64,000 bases of DNA from a virus. Of the stretch, positions 50,476-60,301 are shown in pieces. The translations under genes were made by a program, and so were the position numbers. Position 1 is the stretch's first letter, and each line of letters opens with the position of its first letter. The DNA is taken from the IMG/VR virus record IMGVR_UViG_3300032288_004702, positions 32,001-96,000 of that record; one strand, given 5' to 3'. Under the pieces are notes generated by a model. That model was not told the DNA's origin. It worked only from the letters and a program-made list of their open reading frames with translations, and ran no database searches.

Positions 50476-52584
50476 TTGATGGCAGAGCGTTTATTACGCA
50501 TTTCACGAGCTCTTATATGGCTACCAGCATGTCTAGCGCTAGCAATAAGCTTATTTATACCAAATGCTTTTGCTTCCTCTGAAGTAGAGCCAGGGATTGC
50601 TCTTACTGTATATAACAATTTTGGTTACAACAATGCTCCGCCTATGCCGGATGTTTCTGGAAGACCAATAGTCGGGACAACAACAGTTCTGCAAGTTAAT
50701 CAAAACTTTGACCAATATCCATTATTCAATATGTATGAGGACTTTATTGTCCATTACGAGGGATATATAACACCAAGCGTTTCCGGAAGTTTTAGATTTT
50801 GGCCACAGGCAGACGATGGAACAAAACTATATATAGATGATGTGCTTGTTCAAAACGACTGGAGAGATAAGGGTGGCGGCGGCGCTTTATCTAGTTATGT
50901 CACGTTTGAAGCTGGCGTATCTAAAAAGTTTGAGATGTGGTTTTATGAAAATGGAGGCGGTGCATGGACAACGCTTTATTGGGATATTGGTTCTGGCTGG
51001 GAAATAGTTCCAGAGTCGGCTTTCACTAAAACAGTTGTACCAACAACTACAACCACAACAACAATACCTAAACGCCTTGGGACGCCAACAAATATTTCCC
51101 TAGCAGATACCGGCCATTCAATAATTGTTGATTGGGATGCAGCGAGTGATGATTCTGGAATTTCTCCAGAAAGATATGCAGTTTCTTGGGCTACTGGGCA
51201 GCTTGGATGGGGGTTGCCTACTGGAAATGTTGGCGATATTAATGCATTAAATACCGAACTAGAACTTGATTATTCATTATTTTCCTCTACTGGAGGAATT
51301 GATTCAGAGTACGAAATAAGAGTAAGGGCTGATAACGACACAGACGCAACTTACTCAGAATGGTCGCTCTCCGTACAGTTGAAGATTGGGACTACCCCAA
51401 CTCCGCCAACAACTACAACAAGTACTACAACTACGACTAGTACTACGACTACAACAGTTCCTGAATCATCAACATCTATTGATGAGCCAACTACTACAAC
51501 AATTCCAGTAGAAGACCCTCTTCCGACTCCCACTCCTCTTCCGGAATCGGAAATGCCTCGAACTGACACACAGCCCGCAGAACAACCAAAAGAGGAAGGG
51601 CAAATAGAAGTCCCAACAGGGACAACACAACCAGAAGAACAACCAGAAAATTCACCTGACAATTCTATAGTCCCAGAAGATACTCAAGACTCTATTAATC
51701 AGCAAGAAGATGTCACAAACGAGGTTCCAGTCGATGAAGACCAGCAGGCTGATGTATCTGTAAATAATATTGAAGAAATAACAGCTGATGAAATTACCCC
51801 AGAAGTTGCAAACGAAATAGTTGATGTTCTTACTAGTGGAGAAGCAAGCGAAGAACAAATTGTTGCAGCTGTTGACGCTCTTCTTGAATCAGAAAGCATC
51901 GATAATGAACTGGCAGCAGAACTTGCCACATCTGAAGAAGTACTACAGGCAGTTACAGAAGAACAGGCAGAAGAAATTTTTGATGCTATTGATGAATCAT
52001 CTCTTACGGAAGAAGAAGCACTAGCAATTGTAGAAGCAGTACAGGAAGCCCCTGATGAGGTACGTGAAACGTTCGAAGACACGGTTGACCTATTTAGTGG
52101 AACTTTTGACACGTATCAGATGGTTGGCCAGACAATCAGTGTTGGGGAACGTAGGACAATCGTTGCGGTAAACTTAATTGCAGCAACTGCAACCGCAACT
52201 GCCCTTGCCGGAGGCGCCCCAGGCCCTACTGGAGGCGGCGGTGGCGGCAGCTCGCCTTCCGGGGGCGGAACACCAGGAGGTTCTTCTGGGAAAAAGCCAG
52301 AAGAAGGCGAAGAAGAACAAGAAATGGCCGGGGAGATAGCCGGGGATGGCGTCAACTGGGTATCACAGATAAGTATCTATAAAACCGTAGGCGAGGAGAG
52401 AGTCTTGGATTTGAAGGCATTCATTAAGAAGTTTTGGCTAGGAGTCCTGAACCTGGGGTTCACGATTGCTGGCTCCGTAGTTGTCTACTTCACGCTTTCT
52501 GGGCCAATTCAGAAAATAGCCCTAGTGTCAACCATTCTTGCTTTTGCTTCATCTATGTACTTGCATATGAAAGAGCCAGATTAA
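50476..52584 (+). CDS. Secreted, membrane-anchored PA14 + FN3 protein with Thr-rich and acidic stalk
   Basis: Signal peptide (..NAFA), PA14 motifs ADDG and YENGGGA, FN3, poly-Thr, acidic repeats, C-terminal TM helices. Confidence 0.85.
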   Translation: MMAERLLRISRALIWLPACLALAISLFIPNAFASSEVEPGIALTVYNNFGYNNAPPMPDVSGRPIVGTTTVLQVNQNFDQYPLFNMYEDFIVHYEGYITPSVSGSFRFWPQADDGTKLYIDDVLVQNDWRDKGGGGALSSYVTFEAGVSKKFEMWFYENGGGAWTTLYWDIGSGWEIVPESAFTKTVVPTTTTTTTIPKRLGTPTNISLADTGHSIIVDWDAASDDSGISPERYAVSWATGQLGWGLPTGNVGDINALNTELELDYSLFSSTGGIDSEYEIRVRADNDTDATYSEWSLSVQLKIGTTPTPPTTTTSTTTTTSTTTTTVPESSTSIDEPTTTTIPVEDPLPTPTPLPESEMPRTDTQPAEQPKEEGQIEVPTGTTQPEEQPENSPDNSIVPEDTQDSINQQEDVTNEVPVDEDQQADVSVNNIEEITADEITPEVANEIVDVLTSGEASEEQIVAAVDALLESESIDNELAAELATSEEVLQAVTEEQAEEIFDAIDESSLTEEEALAIVEAVQEAPDEVRETFEDTVDLFSGTFDTYQMVGQTISVGERRTIVAVNLIAATATATALAGGAPGPTGGGGGGSSPSGGGTPGGSSGKKPEEGEEEQEMAGEIAGDGVNWVSQISIYKTVGEERVLDLKAFIKKFWLGVLNLGFTIAGSVVVYFTLSGPIQKIALVSTILAFASSMYLHMKEPD

Positions 52585-52731
52585 GCCAATATTGTGACTG
52601 TCTTTTTGTAAGACTCAATTTTTAGCAAACTTTCTTATTGTACAATTGGTTTTATGGCGCTGCGACGGAAAGACAATAAGCCCCAGAGCCCCAAACCCGT
52701 ACAAACACTCCCAAGAAGGAAGGCTAAAAAA

Positions 52732-53325
52732 ATGCCATCTAAGTACCCATACAAGAAAATGGTTCTTCCCAAAGAGGTTGAAAAAGTTGGGAATGGGAAG
52801 CTCACGCCGGAAATGCTTAAAAAGGTCAAGACTGGCGGGCAGATGTGGACGTGGGCAGCAATTGCTTTCAACCAGATGTACGTAGATGCCGAAAAAGCCG
52901 GGTTTGTTCTTAAGAATGTCGGAGATTTCCGCCCATTTGATGCTCAGCTAGCGATGTTCAAGGACCGCTACAGCGTCAAAGACGAGGGCCGGAAGCCGCA
53001 GGTCACCAGAGAGTATGAGGGTAAAAAGTGGTACCTCAAGCCTGGTAAAGCCCCCAGCTCCACGCCGGGCAAGTCAAATCACGGTTTCGGACTGGCTATT
53101 GACCTTGGTTACGACGTGAAGGGGAAGCTCACATCAATGGGCGGCAAGTGCCTCGACTGGATGTGTGAAAACGCTCCGAAGTACGGATTCTACCTACAGG
53201 GCGATGACCCGAAGTCACCAGAATTTGAAGCGTGGCACTGGCAGTACGTGTGTGGCGACAATCCTCCAGCAGAAGTCAAAACTCGCTACGAAGAGCGTCA
53301 AGCAGCTAAAGCAGCTGGCCAGTAA
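52732..53325 (+). CDS. Endolysin, M15 (VanY-like) Zn peptidase
   Basis: R-x3-Q, PGKSNHGFGLAIDL, EAWHWQY; ATG 52732 has an RBS (52654 is a possible leaderless start). Confidence 0.88.
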   Translation: MPSKYPYKKMVLPKEVEKVGNGKLTPEMLKKVKTGGQMWTWAAIAFNQMYVDAEKAGFVLKNVGDFRPFDAQLAMFKDRYSVKDEGRKPQVTREYEGKKWYLKPGKAPSSTPGKSNHGFGLAIDLGYDVKGKLTSMGGKCLDWMCENAPKYGFYLQGDDPKSPEFEAWHWQYVCGDNPPAEVKTRYEERQAAKAAGQ

Positions 53326-53340
53326 AAGACTTAGATATCA

Positions 53341-53589
53341 GTGGAAGCTGTACTTGTTGCAATAGTTGGCGTCATCGGTGCCATTGCGGTTGCCTTAATT
53401 GAATCAGGGCGGCGCACAAGCAAGGCTAGATGGGAAGAAAACAAAGCAGACCATAACTTTGTTGTAGACAAGATTGAAAACCTTGGCAAAAGCCTTGGAA
53501 TATCTATTGACAGAGTTGAAAAAGGCGTAGAGCGTACAGAAGCAAAGGTCGACCAACACATTCGTGACCATGCAAAAGGGGATGTGTAG
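53341..53589 (+). CDS. Membrane protein of lysis region
   Basis: N-terminal TM followed by coiled coil ending DQHIRDH. Confidence 0.75.
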   Translation: MEAVLVAIVGVIGAIAVALIESGRRTSKARWEENKADHNFVVDKIENLGKSLGISIDRVEKGVERTEAKVDQHIRDHAKGDV

Positions 53590-53816
53590 TGAAAATAAAA
53601 GATAAGTTAATGATTTACATAACGCTTGGAATACTTGGTTTTATTGGTCTCGTTGTTATCGGTGAATACTCGTCAATGCTTGCACAGCAGTTTTCTACTG
53701 GTGAAAAATACAGTACAAACTCTGACGCTATTGCTCTTGTCCAAAACGCTCTTGTTGGTCTTATTGGAATCATCGGTGGATATTTTGCTGGTAAAAGCAA
53801 GAGTGATGGAGAATAG
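53589..53816 (+). CDS. Two-TM membrane protein (holin-like)
   Basis: Two hydrophobic helices; GLIGIIGGYFAG. Confidence 0.7.
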   Translation: MKIKDKLMIYITLGILGFIGLVVIGEYSSMLAQQFSTGEKYSTNSDAIALVQNALVGLIGIIGGYFAGKSKSDGE

Positions 53817-53818
53817 TA

Positions 53819-54028
53819 ATGGCTAGTAAGAAACCTGCTAAACCAATTGCTGGCCAGTCAAAGCAAGTGACACAAGACCCTGCAGTTTACGGCTCTCCGC
53901 TTATGTTTATTGGCGGCAAAAGCGCATCATGCGCATGCAATAAATGCGGAAAGCTAACTGTGCGAGGAATGGTCAGAGTTAAAAACGATGCCTACTACTG
54001 TTCCGCGGGGTGCGCTTCACGTTCGTAA
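53819..54028 (+). CDS. Small Zn-finger protein
   Basis: CNKC...YCSAGC. Confidence 0.65.
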   Translation: MASKKPAKPIAGQSKQVTQDPAVYGSPLMFIGGKSASCACNKCGKLTVRGMVRVKNDAYYCSAGCASRS

Positions 54029-54064
54029 GTTATAAAACTTAATTTTTCACACAAGGAGAGAGGT

Positions 54065-55513
54065 GTGTCTGTTTTGGGGATGTCATTTAAACGTTTTATT
54101 GGGGCTGTTTGTTTAGTAGCCGCTGCTGCTATTCCGTTTTCAGTATCGGTTTCACCAAGTGATTCAGGATTGCTCATTGGAGGCTCGCCGGCAAAAGCGA
54201 CGACCGGAGGTGGCCCAATAGTTCTCGACGGCATGGACCCTGTTTGCCACTCTGGGTATGAAGGAACATGGGGTTATATAGCTCAAGTTCTAAAGAAAAC
54301 ATACGACTCAGTAACTTCTATCAATAATGGAACAATTGCTGTCCTTGGTGCTAATGGTGCAAATAACTCGTGCGGTGGAAACTGGAATACACTTCTTACA
54401 ACAAAATATCTAGGCCAGTTCACTACTGCGCCAACGGTTAACTTCTATAACTCAACAACACAAGTAACAGACTTTTTCACAAACATAAACACTCTTAAGC
54501 CAGCAATAATTTGGATACCAGACAACTGGAGCCGTTCTTCTGCCGTTGAGGCACTGTTCACGTCAAATGCTGAAGTTATAGCTGACTTTGTAAACTCCGG
54601 TGGCGGCATTTTTGCCAACATGGGAACTTATGGATGGCTAACTGCGCTATTGCCAAGCGCCGTATATAACAATGGCGGATGCAATGGTGGGCCAGATGCA
54701 ACTGCAGATGGAACTGCAGATTTTGGCCTAACAAACACAATGGTCGCGGCCTGTTGGCACGGCTACTTCACAGGGAATGTAGGAACGTTAAAGACTCTTG
54801 TTGATTACCCATATCCCTCTATAACGAGCACACGGAAAGCCGTGTCAATTGGCGGGGGGAGCGTAAGCCTCCCTAGTTCTTTCACATTGGCAATAAGCCC
54901 AACATCCCCAAATGCTGGCGAAGATTTAACAATTACTGCTACTGCACAAACGCTCGCTGGAGTTCCACAGGCTGGCGTCACCGTAACAGTAACAGTAAGC
55001 GCCGGGCCGGATGCCGGTCAGACGTTCACTGCAACCACAAATGCAAGTGGTGTTGCAATAATAACCGTGCGAACTAATTCAACAGGCTCAGCCACCTATA
55101 CAGCTAATGCAACTGTGAATGGTGTGTCAAAAACAGTTTCGGCAACTGTTTCATGGAATCCTCCAACAACAACTATTGCTCCGAGCACAACCGAGGCTAC
55201 GACTACAACTGTTGCCCCAACTACAACAGCCCCAAGTACAACTATTGCGTCAACAACCACACAAGTGCAAATACCGAGCACAACCCAAGCAGTAGTAGTC
55301 CCTCAAACTTCAGTACTTCCCACAACATCTACGCCTCCAGAAACAAGCACTACACAGCAATTAATAGTACCAACAACAGTTCATGACCATAGTTCACATT
55401 CTCATGGACCGCTCCCGACAACTGGAGCAAATGCAAAAGCTATGTACGTGCTTGCTCTTCTTCTGTTTGCAACCGGCGTGCTTTTACTGGGATTTAAAAA
55501 GGAGAGAAGATGA
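54065..55513 (+). CDS. LPXTG cell-wall-anchored surface protein (Ig-like domain, Thr-rich stalk)
   Basis: Signal peptide, Big-1-like ATTNASGVA, Thr-rich stalk, LPTTG + hydrophobic helix + KKERR tail. Confidence 0.85.
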   Translation: MSVLGMSFKRFIGAVCLVAAAAIPFSVSVSPSDSGLLIGGSPAKATTGGGPIVLDGMDPVCHSGYEGTWGYIAQVLKKTYDSVTSINNGTIAVLGANGANNSCGGNWNTLLTTKYLGQFTTAPTVNFYNSTTQVTDFFTNINTLKPAIIWIPDNWSRSSAVEALFTSNAEVIADFVNSGGGIFANMGTYGWLTALLPSAVYNNGGCNGGPDATADGTADFGLTNTMVAACWHGYFTGNVGTLKTLVDYPYPSITSTRKAVSIGGGSVSLPSSFTLAISPTSPNAGEDLTITATAQTLAGVPQAGVTVTVTVSAGPDAGQTFTATTNASGVAIITVRTNSTGSATYTANATVNGVSKTVSATVSWNPPTTTIAPSTTEATTTTVAPTTTAPSTTIASTTTQVQIPSTTQAVVVPQTSVLPTTSTPPETSTTQQLIVPTTVHDHSSHSHGPLPTTGANAKAMYVLALLLFATGVLLLGFKKERR

Positions 55514-55842
55514 AAAAAGAGATATTCGCAAACATATTGATGCGCATTGTTGCAACTTTTGCCGCATCAGGGCTCGGCGTCATAGGTGCGGGAACTATTG
55601 CTGGCGTCCCAGTGTGGAAGTCGGTATTTATGGCCGGGATTGCCGGCGTAGCAACGGTGATTGAGGGTTTGTCGCGCGCCTTCCTTGACGATGGCAAGCT
55701 GACAGCAAAAGAAATAAATGCAGTCTTCTCTCGTTTTGATAAAAAGGGAGCAGCGGTAAGCGATGAAGAAATCTCCAACCACGAAGAGACCGTCGCGAAA
55801 AGAGTTCGCGCTAGCAAAAATACTTCTGCCGCAGGGGAATGA
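55510..55842 (+). CDS. Holin-like membrane protein
   Basis: RIVATFAASGLGVIGAG...LSRAFLDDGKLT-x2-EIN-x2-F. Confidence 0.7.
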   Translation: MKKEIFANILMRIVATFAASGLGVIGAGTIAGVPVWKSVFMAGIAGVATVIEGLSRAFLDDGKLTAKEINAVFSRFDKKGAAVSDEEISNHEETVAKRVRASKNTSAAGE

Positions 55843-55922
55843 ATAGTGGTAATTTGTGATTAGGCCCTGCCGTCTGTAAAGGGACGTAGTGATTTTTTCA
55901 AATTTATCCGAAGTGACACAAA

Positions 55923-56267
55923 ATGGCGAAAAACCAGGAAGTTGACCAGGTTTGGCACAACGACGGGCACACTCTTCAACTCCGAATAAACAAAGGAGAA
56001 CTAGAGGTCCTCGAAGTCACCTGTCCTCACGAAGAAAACGCCGCATGCAAGAACATCGCCGGGGACTGCGCCGTGACATGGTTTGTGAATCGTTTTGGGA
56101 TGGAGTGCAACGGCGGGATATGCCCTCCGAGTGAATTCCTAGAAATATCATGGACACTGGTTGGGGACATAAATAATTTCGACTCATGCCAGGTTTGGTT
56201 CATGCCCCTGACTGACGAAATCTTTAATGCCTGGGTAGTTGCAAATAGCCAGTCTATACAGGCGTAA
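55923..56267 (+). CDS. Hypothetical Cys-containing protein
   Basis: 114-aa ORF. Confidence 0.7.
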   Translation: MAKNQEVDQVWHNDGHTLQLRINKGELEVLEVTCPHEENAACKNIAGDCAVTWFVNRFGMECNGGICPPSEFLEISWTLVGDINNFDSCQVWFMPLTDEIFNAWVVANSQSIQA

Positions 56268-56727
56268 TTTTTTTATACTTTTTCTTATTGTTGCGCTTGC
56301 GGATTAAGTCCTCAATCTGATTAAGAATCTTATCTTCTGCGTCAAGCTTTTCCATCAAAGTCATTGTGCTGCTATTGATGATTCTAATTTTTTCGTAGGC
56401 GTTTTCTAGGTAATTTACGCCAACCGTTCGCCACCTAAATTCCCTGTAATGGGCGGCAGCCTCAATCATTGCCTTTACGCCTGCCTCGGTAACTAACCAA
56501 GTATTCGCATCTATGCGCTCAATCAAACCAGCTTTTCTTAGTTTGTTTGCTGGGACTAGAAAGTCTTGATTTGTTTTTTCGTTAGGGAACAGGCCACTCA
56601 AGCATCTTTTTATCTCTTGAGTAGTGAACTTGCATTTTCTCGATGTCCCGTAATAGAGAATTGTATAAGCCCTGCTTTTATAGGGGAATACGGGCCTTGC
56701 GCTTGTGACAATCCGCGAAGAAACCAT
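56254..56727 (-). CDS. Winged-helix-like protein
   Basis: KLRKAGLIER...WLVTEAG wing motif. Confidence 0.6.
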   Translation of the reverse strand: MVSSRIVTSARPVFPYKSRAYTILYYGTSRKCKFTTQEIKRCLSGLFPNEKTNQDFLVPANKLRKAGLIERIDANTWLVTEAGVKAMIEAAAHYREFRWRTVGVNYLENAYEKIRIINSSTMTLMEKLDAEDKILNQIEDLIRKRNNKKKYKKITPV

Positions 56728-56742
56728 GCAGCGGAACTTTAC

Positions 56743-57195
56743 CTAGAATGGAGCCGATTCACTACCTTGTTCTGAAACTTCTGCTTGCTCATTGATGCTC
56801 GACCTGAGCATAGATATAGCACGCAAAAAGTTATGTATATCAGGTTGCTCTAAAATTGATTTGTTGTTACATCTGTAGACATTTTGGCGATTGACTTTTG
56901 TCTTTGTAATTAGCCCTGAATTAATCAACTGCTTAACTGTTTTATCAATCATCGTTTCACTTAGGTCCAGATAAACAGATATGGCCCTGATTGTCATTGT
57001 TGGGTCTTCGATAATCGCTGAAAGAACACGGCCCGTCGTTGACAGAAGACTTACTTCATGTTCCTTGTGGTATCTAAGTATTTTTTTGCTGTCTAGCGTT
57101 TGCATCACTTTTTCTATAGTGACGTCATTTCCGCCTTCTTGAGCAATGGCTTCTTCCAGTGCTTTTTTAATATCTTCGACTTTTTGAGACCTCAA
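56743..57195 (-). CDS. Winged-helix (MarR/AsnC-like) DNA-binding protein
   Basis: DPTMTIRAISVYLDLSETMIDKTVKQLINSGLITK. Confidence 0.8.
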   Translation of the reverse strand: MRSQKVEDIKKALEEAIAQEGGNDVTIEKVMQTLDSKKILRYHKEHEVSLLSTTGRVLSAIIEDPTMTIRAISVYLDLSETMIDKTVKQLINSGLITKTKVNRQNVYRCNNKSILEQPDIHNFLRAISMLRSSINEQAEVSEQGSESAPF

Positions 57196-57313
57196 GAGAT
57201 ACCTACACCCATGTAGTTTGATGGTGTACTATGTGAACAACGGTGTGAACATCATTGAGAGCACCACATAAAAGAACAATCACAATCCGACAATAGCAGG
57301 AAGAGGGGGGCGC

Positions 57314-57592
57314 GTGCTCAAAGATTCACTACAGAAACTTATTGACAATCCGGGCAGGGAGAGGGATTGCAAACTTGGGAATATTATTAATTCCCTTGAT
57401 AAAGATACCGCCACAATTCTTGTCGACGCCTTAAAAAGCGACGCTTCGACAATGGGAATAGTGCGAGCCCTGAAGGATGAAGGTCTTCCGGTCAGCAGGG
57501 AGTACTTGGGCGAAAAAAGGAATACGTGCTTCAAGGCCGGTTCCCCAAGCTGCTGCCTAACTCAGACTGAAGCGAAAACAGAGGTAAAGTAA
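57314..57592 (+). CDS. Hypothetical protein
   Basis: Coupled to the phosphoesterase gene; Cys-containing. Confidence 0.65.
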   Translation: MLKDSLQKLIDNPGRERDCKLGNIINSLDKDTATILVDALKSDASTMGIVRALKDEGLPVSREYLGEKRNTCFKAGSPSCCLTQTEAKTEVK

Positions 57593-58806
57593 TGTCAACA
57601 AAAAAAGATGGGCTTAAATCAACTCTTAAAAATATTGCCGATAGCGCTAATCGGGAGTCGAACAGCAAAAAGGTCCTCAATGACATTGCGGCCATGCTGG
57701 AACGCAAAGGCATCGACCCCAGCGAAGTGGGGAACATACAAAAGGTATCCCTCTATCAGTCGGTAACAAAGAACCCAGATACAGGGGAAGCAATTGTTCA
57801 CGACCTGCAGGCAATCCAGTTTAGTCCTTCTTGGGAAACCGGACCGCAGTGGCCCGTTATCCAGCAAGGCCCCAAAATACAACTACAAAAGCCAAGGACA
57901 AAATCGGGCACCCCAAAGCAGTGGGAAACGGCAGTCATCGTCCCTGATATACAAATAGGTTTCTACCGCAAATCAATAGATTCTGTAGAGCTTGAGCCAA
58001 TTCATGACGAGTCAGCAATAGCTGTTGCCCTTGCCGTTATTGAGGAAATGAACCCAGACCAAGTTGTAATGGTCGGCGACAACCTCGATTTCGCCGAATT
58101 AGGCAAATATCTCACTGCCGCACCATTTAAACAGATGCTTCAGGCGTCTATCGATAGGGCAACAATGCTTTGCGCCCAAATGAGGGCAGCCGCACCAAAT
58201 GCGAAAATCACTTGGATTGCTGGCAACCACGAAGCAAGAATGGCTAGATATATCCAAACGAATGCAGAAGCGGCATTTGGAATCACTAGAGGCAAGGCAA
58301 ACGATGAACTCCGCGAGGGGTGGCCAGTGATGTCTGTACCATTCCTGTGCCGAATGGACGAATTTGGCGTTGATTACCTGCCCGGATACCCGGAATCAGC
58401 CCACTATTTGAACTCAAATCTTGTCGTTGTACACGGTGACAAAGTTGTATCAAACAACTCAACCACTAAAAAGTACCTAGACAACGAAAGAATTTCGGTG
58501 ATATACGGACACATCCACCGCAACGAGCTTGCCTACCGCACCTATCGGACCGACCAGGGGCCACGGACAATTATGGCCGCAAGCCCTGGTTGTCTCTGCA
58601 GGGTGGACGGCGCTGTTCCCTCCACGAAATCTGGAATGGATGAATTCGGTAGGCCAATTCTCCAGGGAGCAGAGAACTGGCAGCAAGGACTAGGTGTAGT
58701 TACCTATCAGCCATTCGGCTCCGGAAACGAGTGGTTCAACTATGAGCCAATGTGGATATACAAGGGCAGAGGAATTCTTCGAGGCAAGGAATACGTCGCA
58801 GAATGA
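57592..58806 (+). CDS. Calcineurin-like metallophosphoesterase
   Basis: PDIQ, GDNLD, GNHE, HGD, GHIH. Confidence 0.88.
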   Translation: MSTKKDGLKSTLKNIADSANRESNSKKVLNDIAAMLERKGIDPSEVGNIQKVSLYQSVTKNPDTGEAIVHDLQAIQFSPSWETGPQWPVIQQGPKIQLQKPRTKSGTPKQWETAVIVPDIQIGFYRKSIDSVELEPIHDESAIAVALAVIEEMNPDQVVMVGDNLDFAELGKYLTAAPFKQMLQASIDRATMLCAQMRAAAPNAKITWIAGNHEARMARYIQTNAEAAFGITRGKANDELREGWPVMSVPFLCRMDEFGVDYLPGYPESAHYLNSNLVVVHGDKVVSNNSTTKKYLDNERISVIYGHIHRNELAYRTYRTDQGPRTIMAASPGCLCRVDGAVPSTKSGMDEFGRPILQGAENWQQGLGVVTYQPFGSGNEWFNYEPMWIYKGRGILRGKEYVAE

Positions 58807-59042
58807 GCCAAGATGAGCCTTTCGATTACGAGAGGTACACAGAGCAAGACCTTTACAGGGACCTAGAAGTTCTCAGGAAAGCTGGAATTATCCAAATAGA
58901 GGGTATCTCGGACGACGGTCAGTGGCTGTATAGCATGACCGAAGTCGGCAAAGAACTCATGACTAATTCGATTGACGAGAACTACGAAGTACTTGCACGT
59001 ATATTCGAGAGCATTGAAAGAATCGATGAACAGGACGAGTAA
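58803..59042 (+). CDS. Small acidic winged-helix-like protein
   Basis: LRKAGII...YSMTEVG; ATGA overlap with the upstream stop. Confidence 0.6.
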   Translation: MSQDEPFDYERYTEQDLYRDLEVLRKAGIIQIEGISDDGQWLYSMTEVGKELMTNSIDENYEVLARIFESIERIDEQDE

Positions 59043-59047
59043 AACAA

Positions 59048-59680
59048 ATGACAACAGTTATAGCGATACAAGGAGAAGGATTCGCAGTCCTCGCATCTGA
59101 TACAAGAATCACGTCCTTCTCCGACGATGGGCCCGCATATCACATGGCCACGCTTGGGTCTGGGGTATCCAAGATAGCCACAAACGGCAAATACCTAATA
59201 GGGACAGCTGGTGACCTTAGGGCCATAAACCTTCTCACCCACGCCTTCTCCCCGCCACCCGCTCCGGTTGGCATAAAAGGCAAGAAGCTCGACCAGTTTA
59301 TTACAGCTAAATTTATCCCATCGCTGAGAGCATGCTTTGACCTGCACGGCTACTCGCCCCCGGAAAACAAAGAGAATAAGAATCACAACGCCGAGCAGGG
59401 CTCGTCAATTCTTCTCGTTGTCAATGCCACTATTTACATGATTGACAACGACTACTCCTGGCTAAGCGATGCTTCTGGCTACTATGCAGTAGGCAGTGGT
59501 TCGGACTACGCGCTCGGAGCCGTGAATGCCCTTGCTGGAGGCAAGAAACTTTCCCCAGTTCAGGCAAAAGGTATTTGCCTCAAGGCCCTTAGTATCTCTG
59601 CCAAGCTAGACCCACATACCGGCTCTCCGTACCACACGTACATCCAGACAATGGAACCAAAGACGCCGGCCAAGAAGTAA
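59048..59680 (+). CDS. Ntn-hydrolase (proteasome beta / HslV-like) peptidase
   Basis: N-terminal MTT nucleophile, ASD-x-RIT, K(I), AVGSGS, D-x2-TG. Confidence 0.85.
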   Translation: MTTVIAIQGEGFAVLASDTRITSFSDDGPAYHMATLGSGVSKIATNGKYLIGTAGDLRAINLLTHAFSPPPAPVGIKGKKLDQFITAKFIPSLRACFDLHGYSPPENKENKNHNAEQGSSILLVVNATIYMIDNDYSWLSDASGYYAVGSGSDYALGAVNALAGGKKLSPVQAKGICLKALSISAKLDPHTGSPYHTYIQTMEPKTPAKK

Positions 59681-59692
59681 GTAGATAAATTT

Positions 59693-59950
59693 ATGAGCGA
59701 AACAACATGGACATGGCTACTTTTCTTGATGGAAATAGTAGGCGTATACGGAAGCTATACCGTCGGGAACAAGCGGTGGCACGGGCACATGATTGTCGCG
59801 CTCCACTCATTCCCATGGGCTATCTACTCGATATTGTTTGACAAGCCAGGCTTTCTTGCTATGTGGCTTCTATGGCAGTGGGTCCACTGGAGAAACATGT
59901 ACAAGTGGCTCAAGGACGGAAAACAAGGCCCTGCCCCACACGGACATTAG
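59693..59950 (+). CDS. Small PnuC-like three-TM membrane protein
   Basis: Trp-rich hydrophobic helices ending RNMYKW. Confidence 0.6.
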   Translation: MSETTWTWLLFLMEIVGVYGSYTVGNKRWHGHMIVALHSFPWAIYSILFDKPGFLAMWLLWQWVHWRNMYKWLKDGKQGPAPHGH

Positions 59951-60214
59951 ATAAATCTATCTGCGAAGTAGATTTACTTTTGCTATAAGGGCTACTAGCG
60001 ATATTGCTATTAGATGCATATGACCTCCGCATAGATAGTACTCAGGTCATTTAGCGCTAATCGCACCAAACATGTAGACATTCGGCACGACCCCTGGACC
60101 AAATAGGGGTAAGGCAGAGTAGATAAGTGTCAGTAGGGACAAGGCAGGGCATAAAACGCTGCCAAAAACATGCGCCGCATCATTCCTTCCACGTTTCTGA
60201 ATTCCGCGTAAGCC

Positions 60215-60301
60215 TCATATGCCAAATACACGGAGTAACAGAGAAGCTATAGGAACTACATAGAGGGAGATAAAGACAATCTCCTTTTTTGCTTTCTTCA
60301 C
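60215..60301 (-). CDS. 28-aa single-TM peptide
   Basis: AGGAGG RBS, GTG start, MKKAKKEIVFISLYVVPIASLLLRVFGI; not in ORF track. Confidence 0.5.
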   Translation of the reverse strand: MKKAKKEIVFISLYVVPIASLLLRVFGI

